64,000 nucleotides of DNA from Gemmatimonadota bacterium (GCA_036679605.1 JAZDCZ010000398.1:64001-128000); one strand, 5' to 3'. Counted from the first letter of the stretch, positions 9,074 through 19,551 are shown. Numbers and translations are program-made. Notes: generated from the letters alone by a model not told the origin.

Positions 9074-11179
9074 ATGGTAAAGCATGTAGAACGGTCCTTC
9101 GACGGTCGGACCTACCGAATGGAGACAGGACGCCTGGCAAAGCAAGCCGCCGGCAGCGCAATGGTGCAGTTCGGCGACACCGTAGTTCTTGCTGCAGTCA
9201 CGGTTTCCGATAAAGAAACTCACCTTCCCTTCTTTCCTCTCACTGTCGAATACCGCGAAAAGACCTATGCCGCCGGCAAGATCCCTGGCGGCTTTTTTAA
9301 GCGAGAGGGCAGACCGGCCGAGAACGAGATATTGGCAGGGCGTTTGATAGACAGATCGATCAGACCGCTTTTTCCGGATGGATTCAAGAACGAGATCCAG
9401 ATTTTTGTCTATGTCCTATCGGCAGATCAGGAAAACGATGCCGATGTTCTGGGTCTAACAGCTGCGTCTCTGGCCCTGTCACTGTCCAAGGCACCTTGGA
9501 ATGGCCCTGTAGCGGCGGTACGGGTAGCGCGAGTGGAGGGTAATTGGGTGCTAAACCCGACCTTTGAGCAGCTCGACAGCAGCGATCTGGACCTTGTGGT
9601 GGCAGGGCGTAGTGACTCTCTGATGATGGTTGAGGGCGGCGCGCTCGAAATCAGCGAAGAGGGAGTGGCGGAAGCCTTGGAGTTCGCTCAGTCCGGGATA
9701 GCGGAACTCATCGAGCAACAGAACGAAATCATTCGGGAGGCCGCGGCGCCCAAGATGGAATGGGCCGCTCGTGTACCGGCAGACGAGATAACGAACAGGG
9801 TTAGTGAACTGGCTTCGGCGCGCATCAAAGAGGCTCTCAATCTTTCGGAGAAGTCGGAACGCGCCCAAGCGGTGGCTTCGGTGCGCAGTGACGTGATTGA
9901 ACAGCTCGCCGACATTGATGAAGAAGAGTTGAAAGATGCAAAGAGCGTCTTTGACAAGATCGAGTACGACACGATGCGTCGTCAGGTGCTGGAAGATGGA
10001 GAGCGACTGGATGGGCGTGATTTGGAGACCGTTAGGCAGATCACATGTGAGGTAGGGGTCTTACCGCGGGTGCACGGAACGGCTGTCTTTACTCGAGGTC
10101 AGACGCAGGCGCTCGTTACGGCCACCCTCGGTACCGTGTCTGATGAGCAACGAATTGACAACATCCATCTCAGTCAGGGTACGACCAAGAGTTTTATGCT
10201 CCACTACAACTTCCCGTCGTTTTCCGTCGGTGAGGTGCGACCGATACGTGGAGTCAGCAGGCGTGAGATCGGTCACGGGAATCTGGCAGAGCGTGCGTTG
10301 CAAGCGCTGCTTCCGACGTACGACGAATTTCCCTACACGATCAGAGTCGTTTCCGAGATCCTCGAGTCTAACGGATCGTCTTCCATGGCGACTGTGTGCG
10401 GCGGATCTCTGGCAATGATGGATGCAGGCGTCCCGATCAAAGGCCCGTGTGCCGGAGTCGCGATGGGATTGATCAAAGAGGGTGATAAGGTCGCGGTCTT
10501 GACCGATATACTCGGGGCCGAAGATCACCTTGGCGATATGGATTTCAAGGTTGCCGGCACTAAGGACGGCATTACTTCCATCCAGATGGATATCAAGATC
10601 GAAGGAATATCTCTTGACGTTCTTCGAGACGCGTTACAGAAGGCGAAGAAAGCACGCCTGCACATTCTCGATGTGATGAGTCAGACTTTGTCCGAGGCAA
10701 GGGATACTCTCTCCAAGTACGCTCCTCGGATTATTACGATCCAGATCAAGCCCGAGAAGATCGGTGATATCATCGGTCCCAAAGGAAAAATCATTCGAGG
10801 TATCCAGGAGCAAACTGGAGCGACGATAAACGTCGATGATACGGGCTTGGTGACGGTCTCGGCGTTGGACGGCAAGGCCGGCGAACGAGCGCGTGAAATG
10901 ATCGAGGGGATCGTACAGGAGCCCGAAGTCGGTCGGATCTACGAGGGTGTGGTGAAGAACACGACCCAATTCGGAGCCTTCGTTGAGATCACTCCGGGAG
11001 TCGAAGGTTTGCTGCACATATCGGAGCTGCAGCACGAGCGTACCGACCGCACAGAGGATGTTGTGAACAAGGGTGACGTTGTTAGGGTCAAGTTGCTCGA
11101 AGTGGATTCTCGAGGAAAGATGCGGCTTTCCAGAAAGGCTCTGTTAGACAAGCCGGAAGCCGCACAGACAAGCTCCTAA
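9074..11179 (+). CDS. pnp: Polyribonucleotide nucleotidyltransferase
   Basis: GRLAKQA, FFPLTVEYRE, RREIGHG, ESNGSSSMA, KH and S1 domains. Confidence 0.99.
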   Translation: MVKHVERSFDGRTYRMETGRLAKQAAGSAMVQFGDTVVLAAVTVSDKETHLPFFPLTVEYREKTYAAGKIPGGFFKREGRPAENEILAGRLIDRSIRPLFPDGFKNEIQIFVYVLSADQENDADVLGLTAASLALSLSKAPWNGPVAAVRVARVEGNWVLNPTFEQLDSSDLDLVVAGRSDSLMMVEGGALEISEEGVAEALEFAQSGIAELIEQQNEIIREAAAPKMEWAARVPADEITNRVSELASARIKEALNLSEKSERAQAVASVRSDVIEQLADIDEEELKDAKSVFDKIEYDTMRRQVLEDGERLDGRDLETVRQITCEVGVLPRVHGTAVFTRGQTQALVTATLGTVSDEQRIDNIHLSQGTTKSFMLHYNFPSFSVGEVRPIRGVSRREIGHGNLAERALQALLPTYDEFPYTIRVVSEILESNGSSSMATVCGGSLAMMDAGVPIKGPCAGVAMGLIKEGDKVAVLTDILGAEDHLGDMDFKVAGTKDGITSIQMDIKIEGISLDVLRDALQKAKKARLHILDVMSQTLSEARDTLSKYAPRIITIQIKPEKIGDIIGPKGKIIRGIQEQTGATINVDDTGLVTVSALDGKAGERAREMIEGIVQEPEVGRIYEGVVKNTTQFGAFVEITPGVEGLLHISELQHERTDRTEDVVNKGDVVRVKLLEVDSRGKMRLSRKALLDKPEAAQTSS

Positions 11180-11189
11180 GCTTCGAGCA

Positions 11190-12440
11190 ATGCACACTGC
11201 CAAGCTCGACGAACGGATTCATCGCACAGTCGCGGACAACGGTGCAACGGTCATTTCGGAAATGTTACCGGGTGTCCGGTCGGTGGCCGTAGGTATCTGG
11301 GTCACCACAGCCACGGCCCACGAACAGCGCGGCAAGATGGGAGTGTCCCATCTTCTCGAGCACATGGTTTTCAAGGGCACCCAGCGCCGAAGTGCTAAAG
11401 AGATTGCGCTGGAACTCGAGGTGCGTGGTGGATCATTGGATGCGTACACGTCCCGTGATCATACCTCGTACCAGGCAAGGGTGCTCGACGAAGACCTCCC
11501 CAGGGCGCTCGACGTGCTCACCGATTTGGTCCGAAATCCTACCCTCCGTTCCGCAGATCTCGATTTGGAGCGCAAAGTTGTCCTCGAGGAGATCAACTCC
11601 GTCTCAGACACGCCTGACGACATGGTCTTCGAACTGCACTCCGAAACCTTGTGGCCCGATCACCCCTACGGTTTCTCGATACTGGGAACCAAAGAATCTG
11701 TTGGCGGTTTGGAATCCGAAGACCTCAGGGATCTGCACGCAAGCACCTATCATCCGCGACACGTCGTAATAGCTGCGGCCGGCAACGTAAAACACGAGAT
11801 CTTACTAAAACTTCTCGCGAAGTGCGGATGGTTCAATTTTGAGGCGGGACCTGAGCCCAAAAAGATCCCTGCAGTTCCACCGGCTTGCCACACGCAATTG
11901 CGAGTCGAGCGGGATACCGCTCAGGCACACATAGTAATGGGTACCGACACATTCCCGTTTCGAGACGAACGCCGTTATCCGCTGATACTTCTAACCACAG
12001 TGCTGGGCGCTGGGATGTCCAGCACGCTGTTTCAGAGGATTCGCGAAGAACTGGGGCTGGCGTATGCGATCTTCAGCTTTCAGTCATTCTTCAAGGAGAC
12101 GGGAGTGGCGGGGGTGTATGTGGGCACTGATCCGGCTAGAGCTGATCAAGCGCTAGAGGCGATATCAAAGGAGTTGAGTGAGTTGGCGGCGAAGGGGCTC
12201 ACTAACGATCGTCTAGCTGACGCAAAGCAGCAGCTGAAGGGACAGGTGACACTATCTTTGGAGAGTCCGTCTGCGCGGATGTATCGTTTGGCATCGGGCG
12301 CAATTTTCGATCAGGAATATAGGACCATAGACCAGATACTTGCCCGAATAGAAGCTGTGAGCGCGGAACAAGTTGCTGACGTTAGCCAAGAATTTCTGAA
12401 TCCCGATCGCCAGACCGTAGTCTGGCTGGGTCCCAACTAA
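11190..12440 (+). CDS. M16 family zinc peptidase
   Basis: Inverted zinc motif HLLEH, FKGT, LFQRIREELGLAY. Confidence 0.95.
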   Translation: MHTAKLDERIHRTVADNGATVISEMLPGVRSVAVGIWVTTATAHEQRGKMGVSHLLEHMVFKGTQRRSAKEIALELEVRGGSLDAYTSRDHTSYQARVLDEDLPRALDVLTDLVRNPTLRSADLDLERKVVLEEINSVSDTPDDMVFELHSETLWPDHPYGFSILGTKESVGGLESEDLRDLHASTYHPRHVVIAAAGNVKHEILLKLLAKCGWFNFEAGPEPKKIPAVPPACHTQLRVERDTAQAHIVMGTDTFPFRDERRYPLILLTTVLGAGMSSTLFQRIREELGLAYAIFSFQSFFKETGVAGVYVGTDPARADQALEAISKELSELAAKGLTNDRLADAKQQLKGQVTLSLESPSARMYRLASGAIFDQEYRTIDQILARIEAVSAEQVADVSQEFLNPDRQTVVWLGPN

Positions 12441-13552
12441 TGGTCATCGGCGTTCCCAAAGAAATAAAGGCGAACGAGAACCGGGTCGCTGTGGTGCCGG
12501 CGGGCGTGGAGATACTGGTGGCCGATGGCCATACAGTATTGGTGCAGCAGACTGCGGGAGAAGGTAGCGGCTTTTCAGATGAGTTGTATACGAAGGTCGG
12601 TGCAACCACTGTGTCTTCCGCAGAGGAGACTTGGTTGCAGTCCGACATGATTGTGAAGGTCAAGGAACCCGTGGAGAGCGAATGGTCGTTCATGCGGGAA
12701 GGCCAAATCGTCTTCACATATTTTCACTTTGCCGCGAGTGAGGTGCTTACGCGGGCGGTGATGGAATCGAAGTGTGTGGCGATCGCGTATGAGACGGTGC
12801 AGTTGCCATCGCGTGAGCTACCACTACTGACTCCCATGAGCGAAGTAGCTGGACGCATGGCAGTCCAGGAAGGTGCGAAGTATCTGGAGCAGCACTATGG
12901 TGGTCGGGGCCTGCTCATGGGAGGTGTGCCGGGAGTCCTGCCTGCAGATGTTGTCATAATAGGCGGTGGGGTGGTGGGAGCTAACGCGGCCAAGATGGCG
13001 TCAGGATTGGGGGCTCATGTGACGTTGTTCGACGTGTCGCTCGAGCGCTTGAGATACCTGTGCGACGTAATGCCGGCGAACGTGGACTTGGTCTACTCGA
13101 ACCGTCTCAACATCCTAGATCAGTTGCCGAAGGCGGATCTGCTGATAGGTGCCGTCCTGCTGCCGGGTGCAAAGGCACCAAAACTGGTCCTGCGCGAGGA
13201 TCTCAAGCTGATGAAGCCAGGCGCGGTTATTGTCGACGTGTCGGTGGATCAAGGCGGTTGCATCGAGACGATCAAGGCGACCACACACGAGCAGCCTACC
13301 TACATGGTAGACGGCGTACTTCACTACGGCGTGGCGAACATGCCCGGAGGGGTGCCTAGGACATCCACCCTAGCGCTTACCAACGCCACTTTGCCATATG
13401 CTCGACACCTGGCCCGAGACGGATGGCGCCAGGCGTGCGGTTGTGACAGTTCGTTGGCACTTGGGCTCAACATAATTGAGGGGAAAGTGGTCTATCCCGG
13501 TGTGGCCCAGGCCTTCGGGTTGGAGCTAGCTAAAGTATCTTTGCAGCACTGA
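12440..13552 (+). CDS. ald: Alanine dehydrogenase
   Basis: IGVPKEIKANENRV, VKVKEP, PMSEVAG, GGGVVG, VANMPG. Confidence 0.97.
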   Translation: MVIGVPKEIKANENRVAVVPAGVEILVADGHTVLVQQTAGEGSGFSDELYTKVGATTVSSAEETWLQSDMIVKVKEPVESEWSFMREGQIVFTYFHFAASEVLTRAVMESKCVAIAYETVQLPSRELPLLTPMSEVAGRMAVQEGAKYLEQHYGGRGLLMGGVPGVLPADVVIIGGGVVGANAAKMASGLGAHVTLFDVSLERLRYLCDVMPANVDLVYSNRLNILDQLPKADLLIGAVLLPGAKAPKLVLREDLKLMKPGAVIVDVSVDQGGCIETIKATTHEQPTYMVDGVLHYGVANMPGGVPRTSTLALTNATLPYARHLARDGWRQACGCDSSLALGLNIIEGKVVYPGVAQAFGLELAKVSLQH

Positions 13553-13662
13553 CTGGTAAGTACCTATCTTGTCATAACTTAGAGCATCAGTTATGTTTGG
13601 TCGCCCGAGCTATGGGCAACCGCTGTTGTGTCGGTCCAACAATTTAAACTAGCTGAAAACGG

Positions 13663-14700
13663 ATGCGCTGGCCAAAAATATCTCTAGGCACGCTGCTGCC
13701 GGCCAATGAAATCGCAGTTGACCTGGGCACGTCGAATACACTCATCTACGTGCGTGGAGAGGGAATCGTCCTGAACGAGCCCTCTGTCGTAGCCGTCGAG
13801 AAGGCCACTGCCAAGATCATGGGAATTGGCCTCGAGGCCAAACGCATGCTGGGGCGGACTCCTGATGGCATACAGGCGGTTCGTCCGCTCAAGGACGGGG
13901 TCATCGCCGATTTCGACGTTACCGAGAAGATGCTGCGATATTTTCTCGAGTCGATTATCCAAAAGCGCGTATTCAAGGTCAAGCCCAAGGTCATCGTTTG
14001 CGTACCGAGTGGAATCACCGAGGTGGAAAAGCGTGCCGTGCGAGACAGTGCGCACTCTGCAGGTGCCAAGGAAGTGTACATGGTGGCTGAGCCGATGGCG
14101 GCTGCCATAGGGGTAGGTTTGCCGGTCGAGACGCCGACCGGCAACATGGTCATTGACATCGGCGGGGGAACCACTGAGATCGCGGTAATCGCGCTGTCGG
14201 GAATTGTAAGCGATACCTCCATCAGGACCGGAGGGGACGAACTCGACCAAGCGATCGTTCAGTTCATGCGCAAGAATTACAACCTGCTCATTGGTGAGCC
14301 GACGGCGGAAGCGATAAAAATCCAGATAGCCTCTGCCGCCCCAGTAGACGGTGAGCAGGAGATGGAGGCCAAGGGCCGGGATCTGGTGTCAGGGATTCCA
14401 AAAGTGGTCAGAATCCACTCCAGTGAGATCAGGGAGGCCATTCAGGAGCCGGTCCAGCAGGTAGTGGACGCGGTGCGCCGGGCCCTTGAGATCACACCAC
14501 CGGAACTGGCGAGCGATATAGTCGACAGAGGGATCGTAATGGCCGGAGGTGGTGCGTTGATCCGCGGACTAGACGTCGTCCTGTCCCAGGAGACGTCGCT
14601 TCCAATTAGAGTGGACGAGGATCCTCTGACCTGTGTGGTGCGGGGTACTGGCCGTATCCTCGATGACTATGAGAAGTACCGCTCGGTGCTGACCACCTAG
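13663..14700 (+). CDS. mreB: Rod shape-determining protein MreB
   Basis: DLGTSNT, EPMAAAIG, DIGGGTT, TPPELASDI. Confidence 0.99.
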   Translation: MRWPKISLGTLLPANEIAVDLGTSNTLIYVRGEGIVLNEPSVVAVEKATAKIMGIGLEAKRMLGRTPDGIQAVRPLKDGVIADFDVTEKMLRYFLESIIQKRVFKVKPKVIVCVPSGITEVEKRAVRDSAHSAGAKEVYMVAEPMAAAIGVGLPVETPTGNMVIDIGGGTTEIAVIALSGIVSDTSIRTGGDELDQAIVQFMRKNYNLLIGEPTAEAIKIQIASAAPVDGEQEMEAKGRDLVSGIPKVVRIHSSEIREAIQEPVQQVVDAVRRALEITPPELASDIVDRGIVMAGGGALIRGLDVVLSQETSLPIRVDEDPLTCVVRGTGRILDDYEKYRSVLTT

Positions 14701-14706
14701 GTAGCT

Positions 14707-15558
14707 GTGATCATCGCGCCGGAACGCTTCGCGTCACGCCGCGACACGCTGGCCTTCGCAGTATGTCTAGTTCTCTCGATAGTTGGGCGCCTCGCACCGG
14801 TGGACGTCCAACAGGCCGTGGCAACGGGAATTACCAATACTGTGCTGGTGCCGTTCCTCGCCCTCGAGAATGAGGCGTTGTTGATCAGAACGTCCAGGAC
14901 GAGGGTGGAGGGCCTCGTTGCCCAGAGAGATTCGGCGGCTATAGCTGCGCTGGAGATCTACAGTCTGAGAGAGGACAATGAACGCCTTCGCGAACTCCTG
15001 TCCCTGTCCAGCCGGGTTACGTCAACGCACGTATCCGCACAAGTACTGCGACAAGGCTCGATCGGCGATGGGATGATGTTCGCCCTGTCTGCGGGCAGCG
15101 CAGATGGGGTTCATGAATTGGATCCGGTTATAACTCCCGATGGTTTGTTGGGGGTTGTTTCTAGCGTGCGGACCGCGACGTCGGTGGCGCTGATCTGGAC
15201 GCATCCCGACTTCCGTGCGAGTGCCATGGCCGAGGACGGGTCTATATTTGGGATCGTGGCACCTGGTGGTAGCGAGGGCCCGAGCACTCGCCTCATGGAG
15301 TTGCGCGGCGTGCCATATCGGAACACCGTGCCCATTGGAACTCGCGTGTATACATCGGGTCTGGGCGCCGAAAGGGGCGGTGTGTACCCGCGGGGCATTC
15401 CGTTGGGGACAGTCATAGCCGAGGGGGCCTCCAGTTCTGGTTGGTCCAAGACGTTCATTCTGAGGTCGGCGGTGCATCCTGCATCAGTGTCCCATGTGAT
15501 CATTCTGACCGCTTCGACTCGGAACATCGGGACGGCATTCGGGGCTGACGTGCCGTGA
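14707..15558 (+). CDS. mreC: Rod shape-determining protein MreC
   Basis: TM helix + coiled coil, GLLGVV, TSGLG...YPRGIPLG; synteny. Confidence 0.92.
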   Translation: MIIAPERFASRRDTLAFAVCLVLSIVGRLAPVDVQQAVATGITNTVLVPFLALENEALLIRTSRTRVEGLVAQRDSAAIAALEIYSLREDNERLRELLSLSSRVTSTHVSAQVLRQGSIGDGMMFALSAGSADGVHELDPVITPDGLLGVVSSVRTATSVALIWTHPDFRASAMAEDGSIFGIVAPGGSEGPSTRLMELRGVPYRNTVPIGTRVYTSGLGAERGGVYPRGIPLGTVIAEGASSSGWSKTFILRSAVHPASVSHVIILTASTRNIGTAFGADVP

Positions 15559-16061
15559 GACTGGATCGGGATCATCTGCGGATGGGTGGTGTCCTGCTCC
15601 TGCTGGCAGTGCTGCATTTTGGGCTCAGGCCGTTTGCAGGTACTGCCACGATGCAACAGATCGCTCCCGATTTCTTGATGTTGGCGCTTCTGGTGTATGC
15701 CATTCGTGCGAGGCCTGGCCAAGGAGCGATAGCTGGTTTCTTTGTCGGGCTGCTGGCCGACTCGCTATCACCCACTGCGTTTGGGGCGGCTGCCCTGGCC
15801 CACACCGTGATCGGCTACTTTGCCGCTTGGGGCAAGGCGGTTTTTTTTGCCGACAACCTGTTCGTCAACGTGGTGTTCTTTTTTGTGGGAACCTGGGCCC
15901 GTGATATTTTGGTGTTGATGACCGGGCGTCATGTCGACGGCAGTGCGCTTCTCTGGCAGGCCTTGTATTGGTCTCCCCTGACGGCGCTCTCTACTTCTCT
16001 GGCCGGCGCGGTCATACTGTTGGTCTTTCGCAACTGGTTACACATTAGACTTAGCGAATGA
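15555..16061 (+). CDS. mreD: Rod shape-determining protein MreD
   Basis: Hydrophobic, PDF...GFFVGLLAD; synteny. Confidence 0.9.
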   Translation: MRLDRDHLRMGGVLLLLAVLHFGLRPFAGTATMQQIAPDFLMLALLVYAIRARPGQGAIAGFFVGLLADSLSPTAFGAAALAHTVIGYFAAWGKAVFFADNLFVNVVFFFVGTWARDILVLMTGRHVDGSALLWQALYWSPLTALSTSLAGAVILLVFRNWLHIRLSE

Positions 16062-17926
16062 ACTGGCACCACCCTCACTCAGTAGCCAGGCGCGGCGCGG
16101 CAAGTCGGTGGATTGTATTCGTAGTTTTCGGCGTCCTGTTGGTGGCGTTCTTTAGGGCCCAAGTCCTTCATTCAAGCAGGTACGAACTCGAGTCCGAGGA
16201 AAACCGACTTCGACCGGTGCCATTGCCGGCACCCAGGGCGCTCATAACAGACCGCCATGGTGTGGTATTGGCAGATAACGTTCCAGGGTATTCGATAGCC
16301 ATAATGACGTCGTCTGAGGATTCGTTACGTGCCACTCTAGAAATCCTGGCGAACTACCTAGAACTCGACTCGGCTCGTATCAGGCGGATCATTCGACGCT
16401 TCCGACGTTCCTCATACGAGCCAACCGTGGTACAACGTGACGCGCCGTTCGATCTTGTGTCGGCGCTGGAGGAAAGCAGGGTCAAGATCCCTCGGCTCGT
16501 CATACAGACCGAGCCAAAGCGATGGTATCCCGATAGCAGCGTCGCTGCACACGTGGTTGGTTATGTGGGAGAGATTTCTGAGGGCGAACTGATCTCGAGT
16601 GCCGTACCTGGTGCTCGGAGCGGTACCTTGGTTGGACGGGACGGGCTCGAGCGGACCTATGGCGATCGACTGCGGGGAAAGGACGGGGTGCGGTTCGTCG
16701 AGGTCGACGCGTTGGGCCGGACGGTGCGTGACCTCGTGGATGACGGATCGACCCTCGAGCCGCAGCAGCCAGATACACTTAGAACCACCCTAGATATGGC
16801 CTTGCAAAAGTACGCAGCCAGTGTGTTTCCAAGTGGCTCGCGGGGCGCAGTGATGGCAATGGATCCCCGCAATGGCGACGTCCTTGCCCTCTACTCGTCG
16901 CCGTCTTTCGATCCCAACCTGTTCGTCGGCGGAATGGAACCAGAAGAATGGCAAGCGCTGTCCGGATCGGTCGACGAGCCGCTGTTCAATAGAGCCGTAG
17001 GCGGTCAGTACCCTCCTGCGTCACCGTGGAAGCTGGCAGTGGCGGTGAGCGCGATCAAGCGAGGCATCGTGACGTTGGACAGCAAGATGACCGAACCGTG
17101 TAGGGGAGGATACCAATACGGAAATCGCTATTTCCGCTGCTGGAAACTTGATGGCCACGGTGATATCACGTTGCGGGAGGCGATACAATATTCATGTGAC
17201 GTCTTTTTCTATCAACTCGGACTAAAGCTCGGGTTGGTCAACCTCCTGCACGACGGCGTGGAATTGGGCTTTCGCGAGCGATCGGGCATCGATTTACCGG
17301 GGGAGGCGAGGCCGCAGTTTCCCGGTTCCACCGAGTACTACGATCGGCGGTTCGGACCGCGTGGATGGACCTCTGCGGTGACACTCAATCTTGCAATCGG
17401 TCAGGGTGAAAACGCACAGAGTCTAAGCAACATGCTCAGATTCTATGCCATGCTTGCGAATCCGCGGGGTGAAGCTCCGGAGCCTAGGCTCGTGGTCGGT
17501 GATGGTGGGAAGATCCGCTCGCTCGGTCTTTCACCCAGCGAACTCGACGGTCTACGTGATGCGCTTGTCCAAGTGGTGCAGAGCGGGACTGCCGCACGAT
17601 CTCAGATAGCCGACCTCAAGATCGCGGGCAAAACCGGAACGGCCCAGAACTCGCATGGTCCGGACCATGGTTGGTTTATTGCGTTCGCGCCAGCGGATGA
17701 TCCCGTCATCGTTGTTGGCGCGATCGTTGAGTTTGCCGAGCACGGGACTAGGGTTGCGCCGATGGTGACACGCATCATTGCACACCACATCTTGGGACCA
17801 ACAGCTCCAGAGGTAGATACCAGCGAGTTGGAGCTAGTGTTGCCGGCCGACTCCGCTCCGGAGTCGCGCCCTCTTTTTCCAGACACATCTCTCCTTCGCG
17901 GACGTGATTCGACGCAGTCTAGATAG
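16058..17926 (+). CDS. mrdA: Penicillin-binding protein 2
   Basis: SPWK (SxxK), SCD (SxN variant), KTGTAQ. Confidence 0.96.
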   Translation: MNWHHPHSVARRGAASRWIVFVVFGVLLVAFFRAQVLHSSRYELESEENRLRPVPLPAPRALITDRHGVVLADNVPGYSIAIMTSSEDSLRATLEILANYLELDSARIRRIIRRFRRSSYEPTVVQRDAPFDLVSALEESRVKIPRLVIQTEPKRWYPDSSVAAHVVGYVGEISEGELISSAVPGARSGTLVGRDGLERTYGDRLRGKDGVRFVEVDALGRTVRDLVDDGSTLEPQQPDTLRTTLDMALQKYAASVFPSGSRGAVMAMDPRNGDVLALYSSPSFDPNLFVGGMEPEEWQALSGSVDEPLFNRAVGGQYPPASPWKLAVAVSAIKRGIVTLDSKMTEPCRGGYQYGNRYFRCWKLDGHGDITLREAIQYSCDVFFYQLGLKLGLVNLLHDGVELGFRERSGIDLPGEARPQFPGSTEYYDRRFGPRGWTSAVTLNLAIGQGENAQSLSNMLRFYAMLANPRGEAPEPRLVVGDGGKIRSLGLSPSELDGLRDALVQVVQSGTAARSQIADLKIAGKTGTAQNSHGPDHGWFIAFAPADDPVIVVGAIVEFAEHGTRVAPMVTRIIAHHILGPTAPEVDTSELELVLPADSAPESRPLFPDTSLLRGRDSTQSR

Positions 17927-19145
17927 ATCCTTACTGATCACGTCAGGCCTGCTGGTCTTGTCGGGGTTCGCGGCACTCTACTCTGCTGGTCAGACGGATG
18001 TGCCGTCTGCCGTTGCGGATATCTGGCAGAAGCAGCTCGTTTGGCTTCTGGTAGGCACGATTGGCGCAGCGGCGATCTTCAAGGTTTCACCGCGGCTGTT
18101 GGACTGGGCTGCCCCAATTGTCTATGGTGCTTCCCTGCTGCTGTTAGTTGTGACGCTGGTTGTCGGAGTGGGAGCCGGGACAGCGGCAGGCACTAAGTCG
18201 TGGCTCGCGATCGGTGGAATTCGCTTAGGACAGCCGGCGGAACTAGCTAAGCTTGCGACAATTTTGATGCTCGCTCGGCATCTGGGTGGACGGCGCGAGC
18301 CACCGTCGGGGTTATGGGAAGCTGCTCCGGCGGGCTTGATTGTAGCGGCGCCGTTCCTACTCGTTGCCCTGCAGCCTGATCTGGGTAGCGCAATCGTGTT
18401 CTTTGCTATTCTCTTCGGCTCTCTTTTTTGGGCGGGAGTGCGCCCGGCACTGCTGCTGCTGCTGGCATCCCCCATCATCAGCCTGATGCTGGCGTTCTCG
18501 ACGGCTTCCTGGGGTGCGTGGATCGTTTTCATTACGATCTTCGTGATTTGGACACGGCCGTATCTGCTGGATGGGTTAATCGTATGGTTCTCCAACGCAA
18601 TCATGGGACTCGTTGCTTTGGGTCTGTGGGACCAGCTCAGGCCGTACCAACAGAGCCGTCTGCTGTCGTTCCTGAACCCGGAAATAGATCCCCGAGCAAC
18701 GGGCTGGCATATAATCCAATCGAAGATCGCCATTGGGTCCGGTGGTCTCTTCGGTAAGGGGTATATGGAGGGAACTCAGAAACGGCTTGCCTTCCTACCG
18801 GCTCAACATACCGACTTCGTTTTCTCGGTGGTCGGCGAAGAGGTGGGGTTTGTCGGCGTGTTTGTGGCACTAGTGATCTATACCATCTTTCTCATCACAC
18901 TCATCCGCATCGCTTGCAAGGCAACCGATCCTTCTTCGGGTGTCCTGGTGTTTGGCGTCGCCAGCCTGTTCCTCACGCACATTCTCGTTAACGTCGGTAT
19001 GACGGTTGGCGTGATGCCGATCACTGGGATTCCACTGCCGTTCTTTTCTTACGGTGGATCATTCTTTGTCACCTGCTGCGTTGCGATCGGCTTGACGCTC
19101 AGGGTTGCTTGGGACTCGCAGCGTGCCGGTTATTTGAGTGGGTAG
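17904..19145 (+). CDS. rodA: Rod shape-determining protein RodA (SEDS)
   Basis: QPAELAK, LQPDLG, HTDFVF, TGIPLPFFSYGGS. Confidence 0.96.
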   Translation: MIRRSLDRSLLITSGLLVLSGFAALYSAGQTDVPSAVADIWQKQLVWLLVGTIGAAAIFKVSPRLLDWAAPIVYGASLLLLVVTLVVGVGAGTAAGTKSWLAIGGIRLGQPAELAKLATILMLARHLGGRREPPSGLWEAAPAGLIVAAPFLLVALQPDLGSAIVFFAILFGSLFWAGVRPALLLLLASPIISLMLAFSTASWGAWIVFITIFVIWTRPYLLDGLIVWFSNAIMGLVALGLWDQLRPYQQSRLLSFLNPEIDPRATGWHIIQSKIAIGSGGLFGKGYMEGTQKRLAFLPAQHTDFVFSVVGEEVGFVGVFVALVIYTIFLITLIRIACKATDPSSGVLVFGVASLFLTHILVNVGMTVGVMPITGIPLPFFSYGGSFFVTCCVAIGLTLRVAWDSQRAGYLSG

Positions 19146-19251
19146 GCTGGCGAGCCGCTTGTCAGCCATGGGTGCGCAGGCGTTGGATGAATGACCGCCG
19201 ACTAGCCTCGTCAGCAGCCAGTGCGCTGTGAAGTTTCCCCCCTCCCGACAG

Positions 19252-19332
19252 CCCATCCCCGTAGAATTCGGCACGGTGTTTGGCTACGACGGGCTCAATC
19301 GTGTGGTAAGGGACACGATGGGTATGATAGAG
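19252..19332 (+). pseudogene. 81-bp Rhs core fragment (PIPVEFGTVFGYDGLNRVVRDTMGMIE)
   Basis: Matches 24281-24361 with 7 nucleotide differences, all synonymous. Confidence 0.85.
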
Positions 19333-19431
19333 GCGGTCAAGAGGCAGCAGCCGACAGCAGGTTGTGCCAGCCAACGTTAGTGGTGGGCTTTGGTCATGAA
19401 GTGCGCTGAGCTAGTCCCAAGAGCAGCTGTG

Positions 19432-19457
19432 TGAACTTGCCCCGGTTTTGTGGACAC
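19432..19457 (+). mobile_element. Orphan IS3-family-like terminal inverted repeat
   Basis: TGAACTTGCCCCGGTTTTGTGGACAC resembles IS3-family ends (TG...CCCC..TTTT.TGGA.A); no transposase follows. Confidence 0.5.
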
Positions 19458-19465
19458 GGAAGCTA

Positions 19466-19549
19466 ACTCCATCATTCCACCGCATCTCGTATACCGATGC
19501 AGTAGACGACCTTCGAGAAATGGGAGCTGATATCGAGTGGGGCAACGAT
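19466..19549 (+). pseudogene. Fragment of asparaginyl-tRNA synthetase-like gene
   Basis: TPSFHRISYTDAVDDLREMGADIEWGND resembles the AsnRS segment PF.RI.Y..A...L...G..I.WG.D. Confidence 0.6.
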
Positions 19550-19551
19550 GT

